This document shows positions 36,948 to 47,197 of a stretch of 64,000 nt of DNA, piece by piece. The position numbers and the translations under genes were made by a program. The stretch is from Bacteroidaceae bacterium (GTDB lineage Bacteria; Bacteroidota; Bacteroidia; Bacteroidales; Bacteroidaceae): assembly GCA_017427185.1 (NCBI GenBank), contig JAFRTJ010000052.1, forward strand, positions 43,820 through 107,819, written 5' to 3'. The stretch's first letter is position 1. Every line of letters begins with the position of its first letter. The notes below the pieces were generated by a model. The model saw only the letters and a program-made list of their open reading frames with translations, was not told where the DNA came from and did not search any database.

Positions 36948-38450
36948 ATGAAAAGGATTCTCATAGCACTTGCTCTCGCATTCGGGCCGATGAACGCCCA
37001 ACCACAGCCGACAAACTTGATACCGGCGCCAGTAGAGTATTCGGTTCGTCCTGGAAGCGTTTCGCTGGACAAATTGGCTGGACAGGGCGAGAAGGTCCGC
37101 ATCTCTCCAAAGGCGCTCCTCCGTCGTTTGGAAGGCAGGAAACTGGCTGATTGGCAGCTGAAGTCGGCCTATTGGCTGGAGTTGGGCAAGAAGGGCGTGA
37201 AGATTGTGGCAGCCGACGAGGAGGGCGTGTTCTATGCCCGTCAGACGCTCAAGATGATGGCCTCAGTGGACAGCACGCTGACTTGCTGCACCATCCTCGA
37301 TTGGCCGCGTTTCCCCTACAGGGGCGTGATGCTCGACGAGAGCCGTCATTTCCAGGGCAAGTCGTTCGTGATGAAGCAGTTGGAGATGATGGCCCTGCTG
37401 AAGATGAACCGCTTCCACTTCCATCTGGTGGACAATCCTGGCTGGCGTGTGCAGATTGATGCCTATCCCAGGCTCACTAAATTGACGGCTTGGCGGCCTC
37501 AGGCTTTCTTCTGGGACTGGGAAAAGAACGAGATAGGCGGGCCTTTCGTGGAGGAAGGAACGCCTGGGGCTTACGGCGGATACTACACGAAGCAGGACAT
37601 AGCCGACATCCTCTCCTTTGCCGACGAGCGGCACATCGAGGTGATTCCTGAGATTGAGATGCCTGGCCATAACTACGAGACGCGATATGCCTTCCCAGAA
37701 CTGGCTTGCAGCCTGCCTGGCGGAGGAAAAGACCCTTGGGAACTGTGTCCTGGCAAGGAGAGCACCTTCGAGTTCCTGGAGAAGGTTCTGCTGGAGATTT
37801 TCGATATGTTCCCCTCGCAGTATATCCATATTGGCGGGGACGAGGCCAGGAAGAACAACTGGAAGCTTTGTCCGGATTGCCAAGCCAGGATGAAGGCTGA
37901 GGGGTTGGAGAGCGTGGAAGGGCTTCAGAGTTACATGATCAAACGAATGGAACGTTTTGCCCATGAGCATGGCAAACGCATTATCGGCTGGGACGAAATC
38001 CTGCAGGGCGGACTGGCTCCGGATGCTACCGTAATGTCCTGGCACGGCATAGAGGCTGGTCTGCAGGCAGTCCGTGAAGGGCACGATGTCATCTTCACGC
38101 CCACGCATTACTATTATCTGGACTATCATCAGGACCCTGCCCAGTTTCGACCTGTTGGCCGCCATGTGCCTCTGGAAAAAGTTTATTCCTTCGAGCCGAT
38201 AACAGAGGGTGTTTCTGAGGCTGATGCGCATCATGTATTGGGCGTTCAGGGCAACTTGTGGACAGAGCATGTTCAGGATGCCTGGCATGCGGAGATGATG
38301 CTCTATCCGCGTGTTTTCGCTATTGCAGAAACGGGCTGGAGCCAGACTGAGAGAAAGGATTGGCATGACTTCGAGCGTAGGGCATTGGCTTTGTCGAATG
38401 TTGCCCGCAAATGGGGATATACAGTATATCCTCCATTATCGCAGCAATAG
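36948..38450 (+). CDS. GH20 beta-N-acetylhexosaminidase
   Basis: RGVMLDESRHF, the HLVDNPGWR motif and the HIGGDE catalytic region. Confidence 0.9.
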   Translation: MKRILIALALAFGPMNAQPQPTNLIPAPVEYSVRPGSVSLDKLAGQGEKVRISPKALLRRLEGRKLADWQLKSAYWLELGKKGVKIVAADEEGVFYARQTLKMMASVDSTLTCCTILDWPRFPYRGVMLDESRHFQGKSFVMKQLEMMALLKMNRFHFHLVDNPGWRVQIDAYPRLTKLTAWRPQAFFWDWEKNEIGGPFVEEGTPGAYGGYYTKQDIADILSFADERHIEVIPEIEMPGHNYETRYAFPELACSLPGGGKDPWELCPGKESTFEFLEKVLLEIFDMFPSQYIHIGGDEARKNNWKLCPDCQARMKAEGLESVEGLQSYMIKRMERFAHEHGKRIIGWDEILQGGLAPDATVMSWHGIEAGLQAVREGHDVIFTPTHYYYLDYHQDPAQFRPVGRHVPLEKVYSFEPITEGVSEADAHHVLGVQGNLWTEHVQDAWHAEMMLYPRVFAIAETGWSQTERKDWHDFERRALALSNVARKWGYTVYPPLSQQ

Positions 38451-38508
38451 TTGTTGTCACTTGTAGCAGCCCAATGGATATGCGGGCAGTATGGGACAGA
38501 TGAAGACA

Positions 38509-38691
38509 GGTTGCATGTTGTGTGTTGCATGTTGCATTTGCATTTCTGATTTTTCATTTTGTTTCAGAGAGTGTGGGATGAAATTTTATATTATATAATA
38601 TATAATATAAAGGTAAAATCTCCCCTTTTGGTACGCAATTCCGATTTTTGCAAATGCAACATGCAACGTGCAACGTGCAACATGCAAAATG
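38509..38691. repeat. inverted arrays of GTTGCAT-type heptamers flanking an AT-rich core
   Basis: Perfect 18-bp inverted repeat GTTGCATGTTGCATTTGC (38524-38541) / GCAAATGCAACATGCAAC (38650-38667), with further imperfect heptamers on both sides. The 108-nt spacer contains TATATTATATAATATATAATATA. Confidence 0.9.
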
Positions 38692-38775
38692 TCCTTGGTC
38701 TTTCCCTAGAAAAAGTTGAATGTTTTTTACCTTAACCCTGCCATTGGTTGAATGCCTTTTAGAGTATGTTTTTCC

Positions 38776-41316
38776 CTATTCCCCTTCCACTATCCCAAAG
38801 GCTGGGACATCCTTTTGGTATGTCTTCCCTGCTATCTGCAGGGTTACTTGGGTTTTCTTCCCTTCACGTTCGTTCATGCGGAACTGGAGATCTGCTGAGG
38901 TGTAGTCCATCGTGGTGATTTCCACATTGGGAGCTGAGATGCTGGCGAGGGAGGCTTTCGTGGGGAGGGTCTCTCCTGTGGCTTGGATGGAACCTGACGA
39001 GAGGTGCGTATATACGGGTTCCCTGAATTCAGCGATTCGCTGGGGCAGATGGGCTTCTTGCCATGTTCCTTGGTAGGGATACAGGATGATTTCATGATGG
39101 TAGGTTCCATGAAAAGGCTCTGCATACCATGCCAACTCGTGCTGCACATCCGTTGGAGTACGGAAGGTGAGGCCCACGTCGCGGATGGGGCCTGAGGTGG
39201 TGGAGGAACCCATATAGAGGCGGATGGTTCCTGCTTCGCTATCCACGCAGAATGCCTGTTCGCCTGTCTGGGGGGAAACGAGCAGTCCGCCTTGCTCCTG
39301 CTGCAGCCAAAGGGAACTGAGTGGGCAGAAGTATCCAACGCCTGGCGTCTTGTATTCGTTGATGCCAAAGGGGATGTCGAAGGCTGTGTACCCTGTCTTT
39401 CCTGTCTGGATGATGAGGTCGATTCCCTCTGGGTTGAAACTGAAGCCTTCCTTGCTTTCCTGGCCTCGCACCAACGTGGGATGGGGGAAGACGAACTGCA
39501 GATGAGCGCGGACTTTATCGTTCTCGATGGTGAAAATCTCCTGCAGATGGATGAGCCAGTCCAACTGTGTCTCGATTCTCAGCTGGGGCCATAAGCCGTT
39601 GGTGCAGATCTGGATACGTGGCTCTCCATAAGGAGTGGCAGGGCGCCAGGCGTCATCGCCTTTCCCATCGTTCATTTCTGCCAGCACCTTCAATTTCATG
39701 GGCGCCAGGCGGATTTCGCTGGTTTGCCCATTGGCTTTCATCTGGACGTGATCCCCCAGGGCTGTCAGGGTGATTCCGTTTTGGCTGATGGAGGTTCCTG
39801 GAGTCCATTCCAATCGCTGGGCACGTTCCTTCTGCTTGGCTCCCACCACCATGTAACCATACGAGGGAAGGGTTGCCAGCGCCTGGATTCTGTATCTGCC
39901 CTCCTCGAGGGTGCACTGGCTGGGCAGTTTCTCTCCACTCGTGTAGTCGAAGAGGTCGCAGGGTGCGTCAGTCTCCAGCTGGATTTCTTTGGTGCGCTCT
40001 GGCTCGAGGTTCAGCAGCAGGTAGAACTGGTCGTAGCCGTTGAGCTTCATCTGGTTGCAGAGCAGGTTCATCCCTTTCTGGATGATGGCTTTGCTCAGGG
40101 TGCTGCTTCCTTGGAACGAGTTGAGACGCTCGCAACGTTTCTCGTAGAGGGGATACCATCCCTTTGAATCGCTGTTGACAGCCCACAGCAACAGGTGCTC
40201 TGCCTTACTCAGCAGGGTCACTTCTCCATCGCGAGCCAGATAGCGCGTCTCGATGTCTGGGTAGAGGTCAGCGCGTTCGATGTTCCACGTCAAGGCGGAG
40301 TGGGGCAGGGTGACATCGCTGGAGAGGAAGGGCTCATCGAGTCTTACTCCAAACTGCTCTCGTGCAAGTGCGTTCACAATCTTGGCGGCGCGAAAGTCCT
40401 TCATGGATTGGTTGGTCTGGTCCTGCAGGATGATGTCCAGCGGGTCTGCTGTCCAGCGGGAATAGGTTCCGTTTTCCTTGTTCAGGGCCTTGGCGCTGTG
40501 GTCCACGTATTTCTCTTCCTTCACTCCAAACCGCTTGATGTATTCCTTGACGGTAATCCAGATGATCTCCACGTCCTTGCTCTCCTTGTTGAAATCCGCA
40601 ACAAGTTGATAGGTGGTGGTGAAGCTTTGGGGAATCTCATAGTCTTCCTCGATGCAGATGAGCGCATTCTTGGGCGCTCTGGTGGCTTGCTCGCCAATCT
40701 TGCTGCGCTCTCGCATGATGGGGACACATACGCTGAGGGTGCCGTCCTGGCCTCGCAAGCGGAAGGGGAACCAGGAATCGTCGTTGGTGATGATGGGAGT
40801 CCAGCTGACGCCAGCATTCTTCAGGATCCAGGGCAGCTGGGAATGATAGGCACGCTCCTGCAGATAGAATCCATCCGTCTTCTCTCCCAAGTTGTCCTCG
40901 ATGATTCTGGTGCCAAGCCAGGCGCAACGATAGTTTGTCTCGCCATCCATGTTCACGTTCACAGGCTCGCTGTAGAAGGTGCCTGTCAGATTGAGCTGTC
41001 CTCGCTGGTGAATCCTCAAGGCATGCTGGATGACCTCTGGAGCCGCCTGCTGGAGCGATCCAAACGTTTGGCCGCTGAATTGCAACTGTCCCTTGAAGTC
41101 AGGATGCTCGTCCATGAAGTCCAACAGATTGTCGTAGATGATGGGGAATTCCCTCCAGATGGTGGGACGCACATAGCGGTCATAGTTCATGTTGCCATGC
41201 AGGACATAGGTGATGTAAACCTTCTTCTTTCCCCCTTCTGCGCTGGTGATTGCCATCAATGCGATGAGGCAGACCATCAGATATCTCTGTATGCTGTATA
41301 CCTTATGAGATTTCAT
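38776..41316 (-). CDS. secreted glycoside hydrolase-like protein, GH38/GH57-type N-terminal domain (family uncertain)
   Basis: 846 aa with a signal peptide. The N-terminal region YVLHGNMNYDRY...LNLTGTFYSEP resembles the (beta/alpha)7 GH38/57 fold. It sits among glycan hydrolases. Confidence 0.55.
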   Translation of the reverse strand: MKSHKVYSIQRYLMVCLIALMAITSAEGGKKKVYITYVLHGNMNYDRYVRPTIWREFPIIYDNLLDFMDEHPDFKGQLQFSGQTFGSLQQAAPEVIQHALRIHQRGQLNLTGTFYSEPVNVNMDGETNYRCAWLGTRIIEDNLGEKTDGFYLQERAYHSQLPWILKNAGVSWTPIITNDDSWFPFRLRGQDGTLSVCVPIMRERSKIGEQATRAPKNALICIEEDYEIPQSFTTTYQLVADFNKESKDVEIIWITVKEYIKRFGVKEEKYVDHSAKALNKENGTYSRWTADPLDIILQDQTNQSMKDFRAAKIVNALAREQFGVRLDEPFLSSDVTLPHSALTWNIERADLYPDIETRYLARDGEVTLLSKAEHLLLWAVNSDSKGWYPLYEKRCERLNSFQGSSTLSKAIIQKGMNLLCNQMKLNGYDQFYLLLNLEPERTKEIQLETDAPCDLFDYTSGEKLPSQCTLEEGRYRIQALATLPSYGYMVVGAKQKERAQRLEWTPGTSISQNGITLTALGDHVQMKANGQTSEIRLAPMKLKVLAEMNDGKGDDAWRPATPYGEPRIQICTNGLWPQLRIETQLDWLIHLQEIFTIENDKVRAHLQFVFPHPTLVRGQESKEGFSFNPEGIDLIIQTGKTGYTAFDIPFGINEYKTPGVGYFCPLSSLWLQQEQGGLLVSPQTGEQAFCVDSEAGTIRLYMGSSTTSGPIRDVGLTFRTPTDVQHELAWYAEPFHGTYHHEIILYPYQGTWQEAHLPQRIAEFREPVYTHLSSGSIQATGETLPTKASLASISAPNVEITTMDYTSADLQFRMNEREGKKTQVTLQIAGKTYQKDVPAFGIVEGE

Positions 41317-41367
41317 AAGTGAAGATGTTTGATTGTTCCACTGGTGGGGGTGGCGATGCAGGTCACC

Positions 41368-44300
41368 TTACTTTCTTATCCTGACGGGTCCCAACAACCC
41401 TGCGTGAGGCCTTCCTTTGTAGGGCGAGGGAATGGTCAGGTAGTGGTTTGCCAGCGAACTGTACACGAGGACTTCCACTTCATTGTCTCCTGCCTTGACG
41501 AAATCTGTGATGTCGACCACATAGGGAGCATTGATGAGGACATCCACATGGCGTCCGTTCACAGCCACTTCACAGGTGGCATCCACAGAACCAAGGTCCA
41601 AGCGGATGGGGCCCTTCGTGTCGTCCAGCCGGAAGGCGTGCCTGTAGCTTACTCCACCTGAGTAGAACTTCAGGGCACCCTGCTGCGTCCAGTCGCCCAC
41701 AGGTATCCTGCCACCTTGACAGGTCATGCTGACAGGCTCGCGGAAGAAATCAGCTCCTGATACGCCCAGGTCTGCTTGCCCCAATACGTAAACATCTACA
41801 GGGTGAGGACTCACTTCCTTCAGCTTCAGGTTGCCCTCGCGATCTGGCAGCGCTGTCTTCTTCCTGTTCACCCAAATGCCCAGTATCTTGCCTTTCACAT
41901 CGAAGTGCATGAGAGAGGTTCCTGGTGCTGTGGGGAAACGGTAGAGCCAGCGTCCTCTCTGCCCTCCATGGATGTCGAAGGGGAGGAAGCTGGTGCCAAA
42001 CCATTTCGATGCAACGATGGGCTCGTATTCGCCTACCGTCTGGGGTTCTGGCGCATCAACTGGATAGAACATCACCATCGAGCGGTCGCGCTGGTCCACG
42101 CTGCTGCTTCGCATTCCCTCCAGGCTGTATCCTGTGCTTCTGGTGTTGGCATAGACGGCCAGCAGACGATGCCACCCCTTCTTCAATGTGACGGTACTTT
42201 CCTTGCGAATTAACCCATCCAGGATAATGCAGAAAGGCTGCACGCCCTCGACTACCTTGCGATAAACGCCATCGGCTGGCGCATAGACGTAGGTCCTGAA
42301 GAGCTGATGTTCTCCTTGGTCGAGAATGAGGAACTTGCTCTCCACTTTCGCTTTCAGTCCATGATATCCTTGTCCGCCAGGACTATCGAAGACGCCATAT
42401 TGCCAGGAGAATACGTAGGGCCGCCAAGCGATTCTCGCATTCGTGCTGAGAGCTTCCTGGATGACCTCGTCGATGGAACGGTGCCTGGAGACATTGACAG
42501 TTTCCATATAAGGTCCGTATCCATAGATGTAGTTTGTATCATCAGTGGCGCCCATCAGTTCCTCCACGCGTAGATTTCCTGTTCCTGGCAGGAAGAAAGT
42601 CTTCATCTCGCGAGCCTCCACGCCTATCTTGCCAGGAGAGGGAGGAAGGCGGAAATCGCCCCATTTGTTGTCCATCGTGGGCACGATGGTAATGTCCCAG
42701 TCGCCCACCAGAGGGATGATCTTTTCAGGGGTGTTCTCCTCAACTGCTTTCTTCTCATACGTGGGAGTGCCAGGAGAGAAGACATAGATGCGCGAGGCTT
42801 CCTTCTCGCCATCGAAATGTACCCAGGTGCCATGCTCGTCTGTCCTCAGGATAGAAGTCTCTCTGATGGTTCCATGCTGTGCATCCCATATTTCAACCTT
42901 TCCCTTGGAACGGAAGAACAGGTCGTCTCCATGCGGAATATCCATCACCATATAGACATCCTGGTTTCCCACGTGGCGATGCAACACGCGACCTTCTGCT
43001 GAAGAAGAGCTGAAGTCCCTCGTCGTCTTGTCGAGCACCAGTTGGCGCACCTCTTGGGGGGATTCCACTTTGATGATGCGGTCATCGTTCTGCACCTCTT
43101 TCATCAGGCTGCCCAAAGCGATCACAATGCCTCCCTTGGAGGCGAACTCCTGGATTTTCTGCAGTGTCTCAGCATGGGCGGCTTTGGTGTCTGCCAGGAC
43201 AAGCACACGATAGTTCTCATCAGAGATGGTCAGATGCTGGTCCTTGATCTGGGCTTTCTGGAGTGAGGCGTAGTCGATGAAGTCGTAGTCGATGCCATGA
43301 GGGCTCAGCTCATTGCCCACATTGAAGGAGAGGTTGGGCGATGAGCCAGGGTAGGCTTGGAGGGTTTCTGTGGGGTAGAGGATGGCAATGTCTGCCACAT
43401 GGATGCCCTGGCTGAGCAGGAAACAGAGACGTTCTGCATATTTCAGCCACACTTTCATGTGGGGCCAGTAAGGCATGCGGAAGTGGAAACAGGGAGGTGC
43501 CCATTCCCACCATCCTCCATGGGTGGAGTAGTAGAGACCATGCATGCAGAGCAGGTTGCCGCCTGCGATGAGGTGATGGTCCAGCTGGTGGGTAAGCAAG
43601 GCTCCATTCGCATCCCATCCCATGCTGTGGAAAGCTTCCAGCCACACGCGAGGACGCTGATAGAGGTGTGCTGCGCTGCTCGACACCTTCGTCTGGACGA
43701 AACTGCTTCCTCGAGCTGGAGCGTCGTTTCCTGGGGCTGTAAACCATTTCTCCACGCGGAAGTAATCCAGATATTGGGTGGGATTCATGCCTCGCCCTTC
43801 GTTGTCGCTGCCATAGATGAGGCCCTTCTCAGCATGCCAGTTGTAGATGGGCTGGAAGTAGCGCTCTTCTGCCAGCTGGGTGACTACTTCCGCATAGTCC
43901 AGTCGTGTGCGCGAAATCCTGTCCCTCTGCGCTTCGTTCAGGTCCACGTCGAAGAGGTCTGGCAGGAGTGGCACGATGTCGTATCCCTTGCGTTTGAGGA
44001 ACTCTTGGGGCAGGTCGTCCGTCCAGGAGTGCAGGTTCAGGTGATACTGAAGCTCGTCCTGGAAGAAGTAGTTCATTCCTTCCCTCCCATGCGCGTCCAT
44101 GTGGTCCACGAAGGGTTGGAAGTAGTGGTTTATCATCTCTTGTCCAAAGGTTGGACTGAGTTCTGGCGCAGGCTCTGTGTAGACGACAACAAGGCTGTCT
44201 GTCCCCTCCTTCTTCCTGGCGGTCAGCGTGTGGGCAGGCCGTTTCTCGTCAGGTCCCATGAGACGCACTTTCAGCCTTCCCTTGTGGTTCTTTATCTCAG

Positions 44301-44775
44301 GCAGATTCAACACGTCGTCGATGAACTCCTTATTCTGCGGCCACGCCACGACGTAGTCATCCATTCCCAGTCCGATTCCTTTGTCAGCACACTGGCCAGA
44401 GAAAGTGTTCCAAATCTGCCACCATGCATCATCCTTCATCACGTAGGGCGCTCCGCTCTGCACGCGTCCGCAAGGGCCGTGTCCTGCCGCATTCAGGGCA
44501 GTATCGACAGCAGCATGGGTATGGTTGTAGCTCACGCAGAGTCCGTCTGTAGAGGCATCAGACAGGATTTCGAGCTGTTCCTGCAGGCGTTCCAACTTCA
44601 GGGTGTCTCCTGTCCACCAGTAGAAAGGCACATTGCCATATCCCTTGGGCGGATTCTGGAAACCAGTACGGATGTCTATTTCTCCACTGCGTGAGGGATA
44701 GCCCTTATAAGATTGAAAATGCTCCTGAGCTTGCAGAGTACTGCAGCATAACAACAGAATCAATAGCTTTCTCAT
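41368..44775 (-). CDS. large secreted glycoside hydrolase, GH106-like with C-terminal jelly-roll sugar-binding domain (family uncertain)
   Basis: 1135 aa with a signal peptide. It has the NPPKGYGNVPFYWWTGD N-terminal motif and a C-terminal region FYSGGVSYRH...VNGRHV...DITDFVKAGDNEVEV typical of GH2/GH106-type accessory domains. Confidence 0.55.
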   Translation of the reverse strand: MRKLLILLLCCSTLQAQEHFQSYKGYPSRSGEIDIRTGFQNPPKGYGNVPFYWWTGDTLKLERLQEQLEILSDASTDGLCVSYNHTHAAVDTALNAAGHGPCGRVQSGAPYVMKDDAWWQIWNTFSGQCADKGIGLGMDDYVVAWPQNKEFIDDVLNLPEIKNHKGRLKVRLMGPDEKRPAHTLTARKKEGTDSLVVVYTEPAPELSPTFGQEMINHYFQPFVDHMDAHGREGMNYFFQDELQYHLNLHSWTDDLPQEFLKRKGYDIVPLLPDLFDVDLNEAQRDRISRTRLDYAEVVTQLAEERYFQPIYNWHAEKGLIYGSDNEGRGMNPTQYLDYFRVEKWFTAPGNDAPARGSSFVQTKVSSSAAHLYQRPRVWLEAFHSMGWDANGALLTHQLDHHLIAGGNLLCMHGLYYSTHGGWWEWAPPCFHFRMPYWPHMKVWLKYAERLCFLLSQGIHVADIAILYPTETLQAYPGSSPNLSFNVGNELSPHGIDYDFIDYASLQKAQIKDQHLTISDENYRVLVLADTKAAHAETLQKIQEFASKGGIVIALGSLMKEVQNDDRIIKVESPQEVRQLVLDKTTRDFSSSSAEGRVLHRHVGNQDVYMVMDIPHGDDLFFRSKGKVEIWDAQHGTIRETSILRTDEHGTWVHFDGEKEASRIYVFSPGTPTYEKKAVEENTPEKIIPLVGDWDITIVPTMDNKWGDFRLPPSPGKIGVEAREMKTFFLPGTGNLRVEELMGATDDTNYIYGYGPYMETVNVSRHRSIDEVIQEALSTNARIAWRPYVFSWQYGVFDSPGGQGYHGLKAKVESKFLILDQGEHQLFRTYVYAPADGVYRKVVEGVQPFCIILDGLIRKESTVTLKKGWHRLLAVYANTRSTGYSLEGMRSSSVDQRDRSMVMFYPVDAPEPQTVGEYEPIVASKWFGTSFLPFDIHGGQRGRWLYRFPTAPGTSLMHFDVKGKILGIWVNRKKTALPDREGNLKLKEVSPHPVDVYVLGQADLGVSGADFFREPVSMTCQGGRIPVGDWTQQGALKFYSGGVSYRHAFRLDDTKGPIRLDLGSVDATCEVAVNGRHVDVLINAPYVVDITDFVKAGDNEVEVLVYSSLANHYLTIPSPYKGRPHAGLLGPVRIRK

Positions 44776-44803
44776 GATATATCATTATTTTTTTTTCGTG
44801 CTA

Positions 44804-44811
44804 CAAAGGTA
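44804..44811 (-). promoter_or_regulatory. -7 box (TAccTTTG) for the 1135-aa GH gene, with a TTTG -33 element about 20 nt upstream
   Basis: The minus strand reads TTTATTTGCATTATTGCTCGCTTAATTGTACCTTTG. It is 29 nt upstream of the ATG at 44775. Confidence 0.6.
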
Positions 44812-44900
44812 CAATTAAGCGAGCAATAATGCAAATAAAACTTAGTTTAATTTGCAAAGTCCATTGGAAGTGATTGTTCTTCCTCTATCACTCTTGCCAA

Positions 44901-45878
44901 CTACATAGGATAATGCCAAGTCTGGAGGTCTGTGCTCCAGGCTATGCCAAGGGAAGCATTGCGGTCGAAATCGCCTTCTGGCTCAGTCAATGGGCCAGAA
45001 CCGTGAAAGAACATCAGATAACATCCGATTCGCCGCACACTTCGCAAATCGATGACGGTGGCGGCTGTGATACGGCCACGCGCCCATTCCCATTGCTGCT
45101 GTCCCAGGATGATAAGGGGACCGTCGTCGCGCCAATGCAAGAGGTCAGTCGAACGCTTCACGCCAATGCCATTCTGGGGAGAGTGAAAGAGAACATACTC
45201 GCCATTGTCGACCAGCACACTAACGTTTTCGTCGCAGTCTGTCCTTCCGTAGGGAGTCCAGTGCGTAAGGTCATGGGAGTAAGACATACTGACGCCATTC
45301 TGCTTGTAGAAGCACCACCATTTTCCTGGCTCATCCTTATCCTGAATCAGATAAGGGTCTATCATCCGCCCCATGGAAGAGACGGGAACATCTCCCTTAA
45401 CCCGTAACAATTCAGGCTGCGACCAGTGCTTCATGTCGTGGCTTCGAATGATGAAGAGGCGCGCTTGGTCATTGCCGTAGCGCACTCCTTGCCCAGGAAG
45501 GTAGTTGGGCCTTGGATAGGACTGCAGGCACAGCACATACTGCCCTCGATAACGGATAACATTGCCAGGACTGGAGAAGCCCATGAGCTGGGAGGCAGGC
45601 GTTATGGGTTGAGGCATAGTCCAGTGAACGAGGTCGTTGCTTTGGCTCTGTGCCACAAAGCTGTAGATGCTGTCTGGTGTAGTCTTAGTGACGGTATAGA
45701 AAAGGAAAAAAGTGCCATGGTGGTAGGCTACGGCAGGGTCGCGATAGGCAATGGAATCATTACCACGCAGCAGGATGGGGGACTTGAGCGATGACAAGAG
45801 ATTGGATCTGCGGCCTTGGCAGGGAGGAGTGAGAAAAAAAGGGAGAATAAGAAGGAGCAGGAAACGAGGTAGCGTCAT
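44901..45878 (-). CDS. five-bladed beta-propeller glycoside hydrolase (GH43-like)
   Basis: Signal peptide, then the motifs YRDPAV, IDPYLIQD and HWT/HWR blade repeats. Confidence 0.6.
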   Translation of the reverse strand: MTLPRFLLLLILPFFLTPPCQGRRSNLLSSLKSPILLRGNDSIAYRDPAVAYHHGTFFLFYTVTKTTPDSIYSFVAQSQSNDLVHWTMPQPITPASQLMGFSSPGNVIRYRGQYVLCLQSYPRPNYLPGQGVRYGNDQARLFIIRSHDMKHWSQPELLRVKGDVPVSSMGRMIDPYLIQDKDEPGKWWCFYKQNGVSMSYSHDLTHWTPYGRTDCDENVSVLVDNGEYVLFHSPQNGIGVKRSTDLLHWRDDGPLIILGQQQWEWARGRITAATVIDLRSVRRIGCYLMFFHGSGPLTEPEGDFDRNASLGIAWSTDLQTWHYPM

Positions 45879-45978
45879 TCTAAATTTATGATATAGTCAG
45901 ACTCCAGACTGACGTTGGAACACAAAACCAGAGTGAGTGGGATGAAATGTCCCATGATGGTTGGTATGTGAAGACCGT

Positions 45979-47172
45979 TCATTCTGGATAGATGAGGTAT
46001 TTCTTGCGTTGCTGCCTGAAGCGCTCCACATCGTCTTTCCACGAGGCTTCTATCTCAGCAGCAGAGGCTCCTGAAGCAATCATCTCGCGGATGCGCGTCT
46101 GACCAGTCAACAGGTCGAAAAACCTGCCTTCCCGCTGGAAGAACTCTTCCTTTTGGGGATAGCGCATGTAGGCGTCCACGACATAGCTCAGGTCGATGCG
46201 CTTGAGTTGCTGCAGCTCTCCCATGTCCAAAGCCCTCAGGTCCACTCCATGACACTCCTTCCCCAGCTGGGTGGGATTCTTGGCGCCGGGACGGCTCTCA
46301 GGGGTGAAGGAGAACTGATAGCCAGTGAAACTGGGATGCCCATAGAGTTGGAAGGGAGCTTCCGTTCCACGCCCCAGCGAGACAGGCGTTCCCTCGAAGT
46401 AGCAGAGGCTGGGATAGAGGTAGACTGACCGCATGTTGGGCAGGTTGGGACTGGGCGCGATGGGGAGGGCATAGAGGCTCTGATGGGTGTAGCCTGAGCA
46501 GGGAATCACCTCCAAACGGCAGGCAGGAACCCAGCCTTCTCCCTGCGCCATGAAGGCCAGCTCGCCCAGCGTCATGCCATGCACGATGGGGATGGGGAGC
46601 GCTCCCACTCCGCTCTTTAGCTTCATGTCGAGGATGGGGCCGTCCACAAAATGTCCATTGGGGTTGGGGCGGTCCAGGATGATGACTCTCCTGTCGCATT
46701 CGCTGCAGCGTCGCATCAGTTGCAGCATGGTCACGTAATAGGTGTAGAAGCGCAATCCCACGTCTTGGATGTCGACCACCATCACGTCGAATCCCTGCAT
46801 GGCTTCGTCGCTGGGTCCCATCTTCTTCCCGTCGTAGAGCGAGAGGATGGGGATGCCAGTCTTCTCGTCCACGCTGCTGTTCACCCGCTCTCCAGCGTCT
46901 GCTGTGCCACGAAATCCATGTTCAGGCGAGAAAAGGGTAGTCACGTTCACTCCCTTCTCGATCAACACGTCGAGCACGTGCTTGTCTGATTTCTGGCATC
47001 CTGTCTGGTTGCTGAAGATTGCCACCCGCTGTCCTTCCAGCAGGGGCAGATAGAGCTCCTCCTTCTCGTCGCCCAGGGTGATTCCCTCGTTGTCCCATCG
47101 CGGCTCAGCAGCGAAGGCGAGGGAGCAGGAGAGGGAAAGGAGCAGCGTCGACAGTTTCAGCAGCTTAGGCAT
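45979..47172 (-). CDS. namZ: DUF1343 / NamZ-type exo-beta-N-acetylmuramidase (GH171-like)
   Basis: Signal peptide MPKLLKLSTLLLSLSCSLAFA, then DUF1343 hallmarks FSPEHGFRG, VVDIQDVGLRFYTY and ILDRPNP. Confidence 0.8.
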   Translation of the reverse strand: MPKLLKLSTLLLSLSCSLAFAAEPRWDNEGITLGDEKEELYLPLLEGQRVAIFSNQTGCQKSDKHVLDVLIEKGVNVTTLFSPEHGFRGTADAGERVNSSVDEKTGIPILSLYDGKKMGPSDEAMQGFDVMVVDIQDVGLRFYTYYVTMLQLMRRCSECDRRVIILDRPNPNGHFVDGPILDMKLKSGVGALPIPIVHGMTLGELAFMAQGEGWVPACRLEVIPCSGYTHQSLYALPIAPSPNLPNMRSVYLYPSLCYFEGTPVSLGRGTEAPFQLYGHPSFTGYQFSFTPESRPGAKNPTQLGKECHGVDLRALDMGELQQLKRIDLSYVVDAYMRYPQKEEFFQREGRFFDLLTGQTRIREMIASGASAAEIEASWKDDVERFRQQRKKYLIYPE

Positions 47173-47197
47173 GGCGGTAGACTTTTTTTGATGGTTC

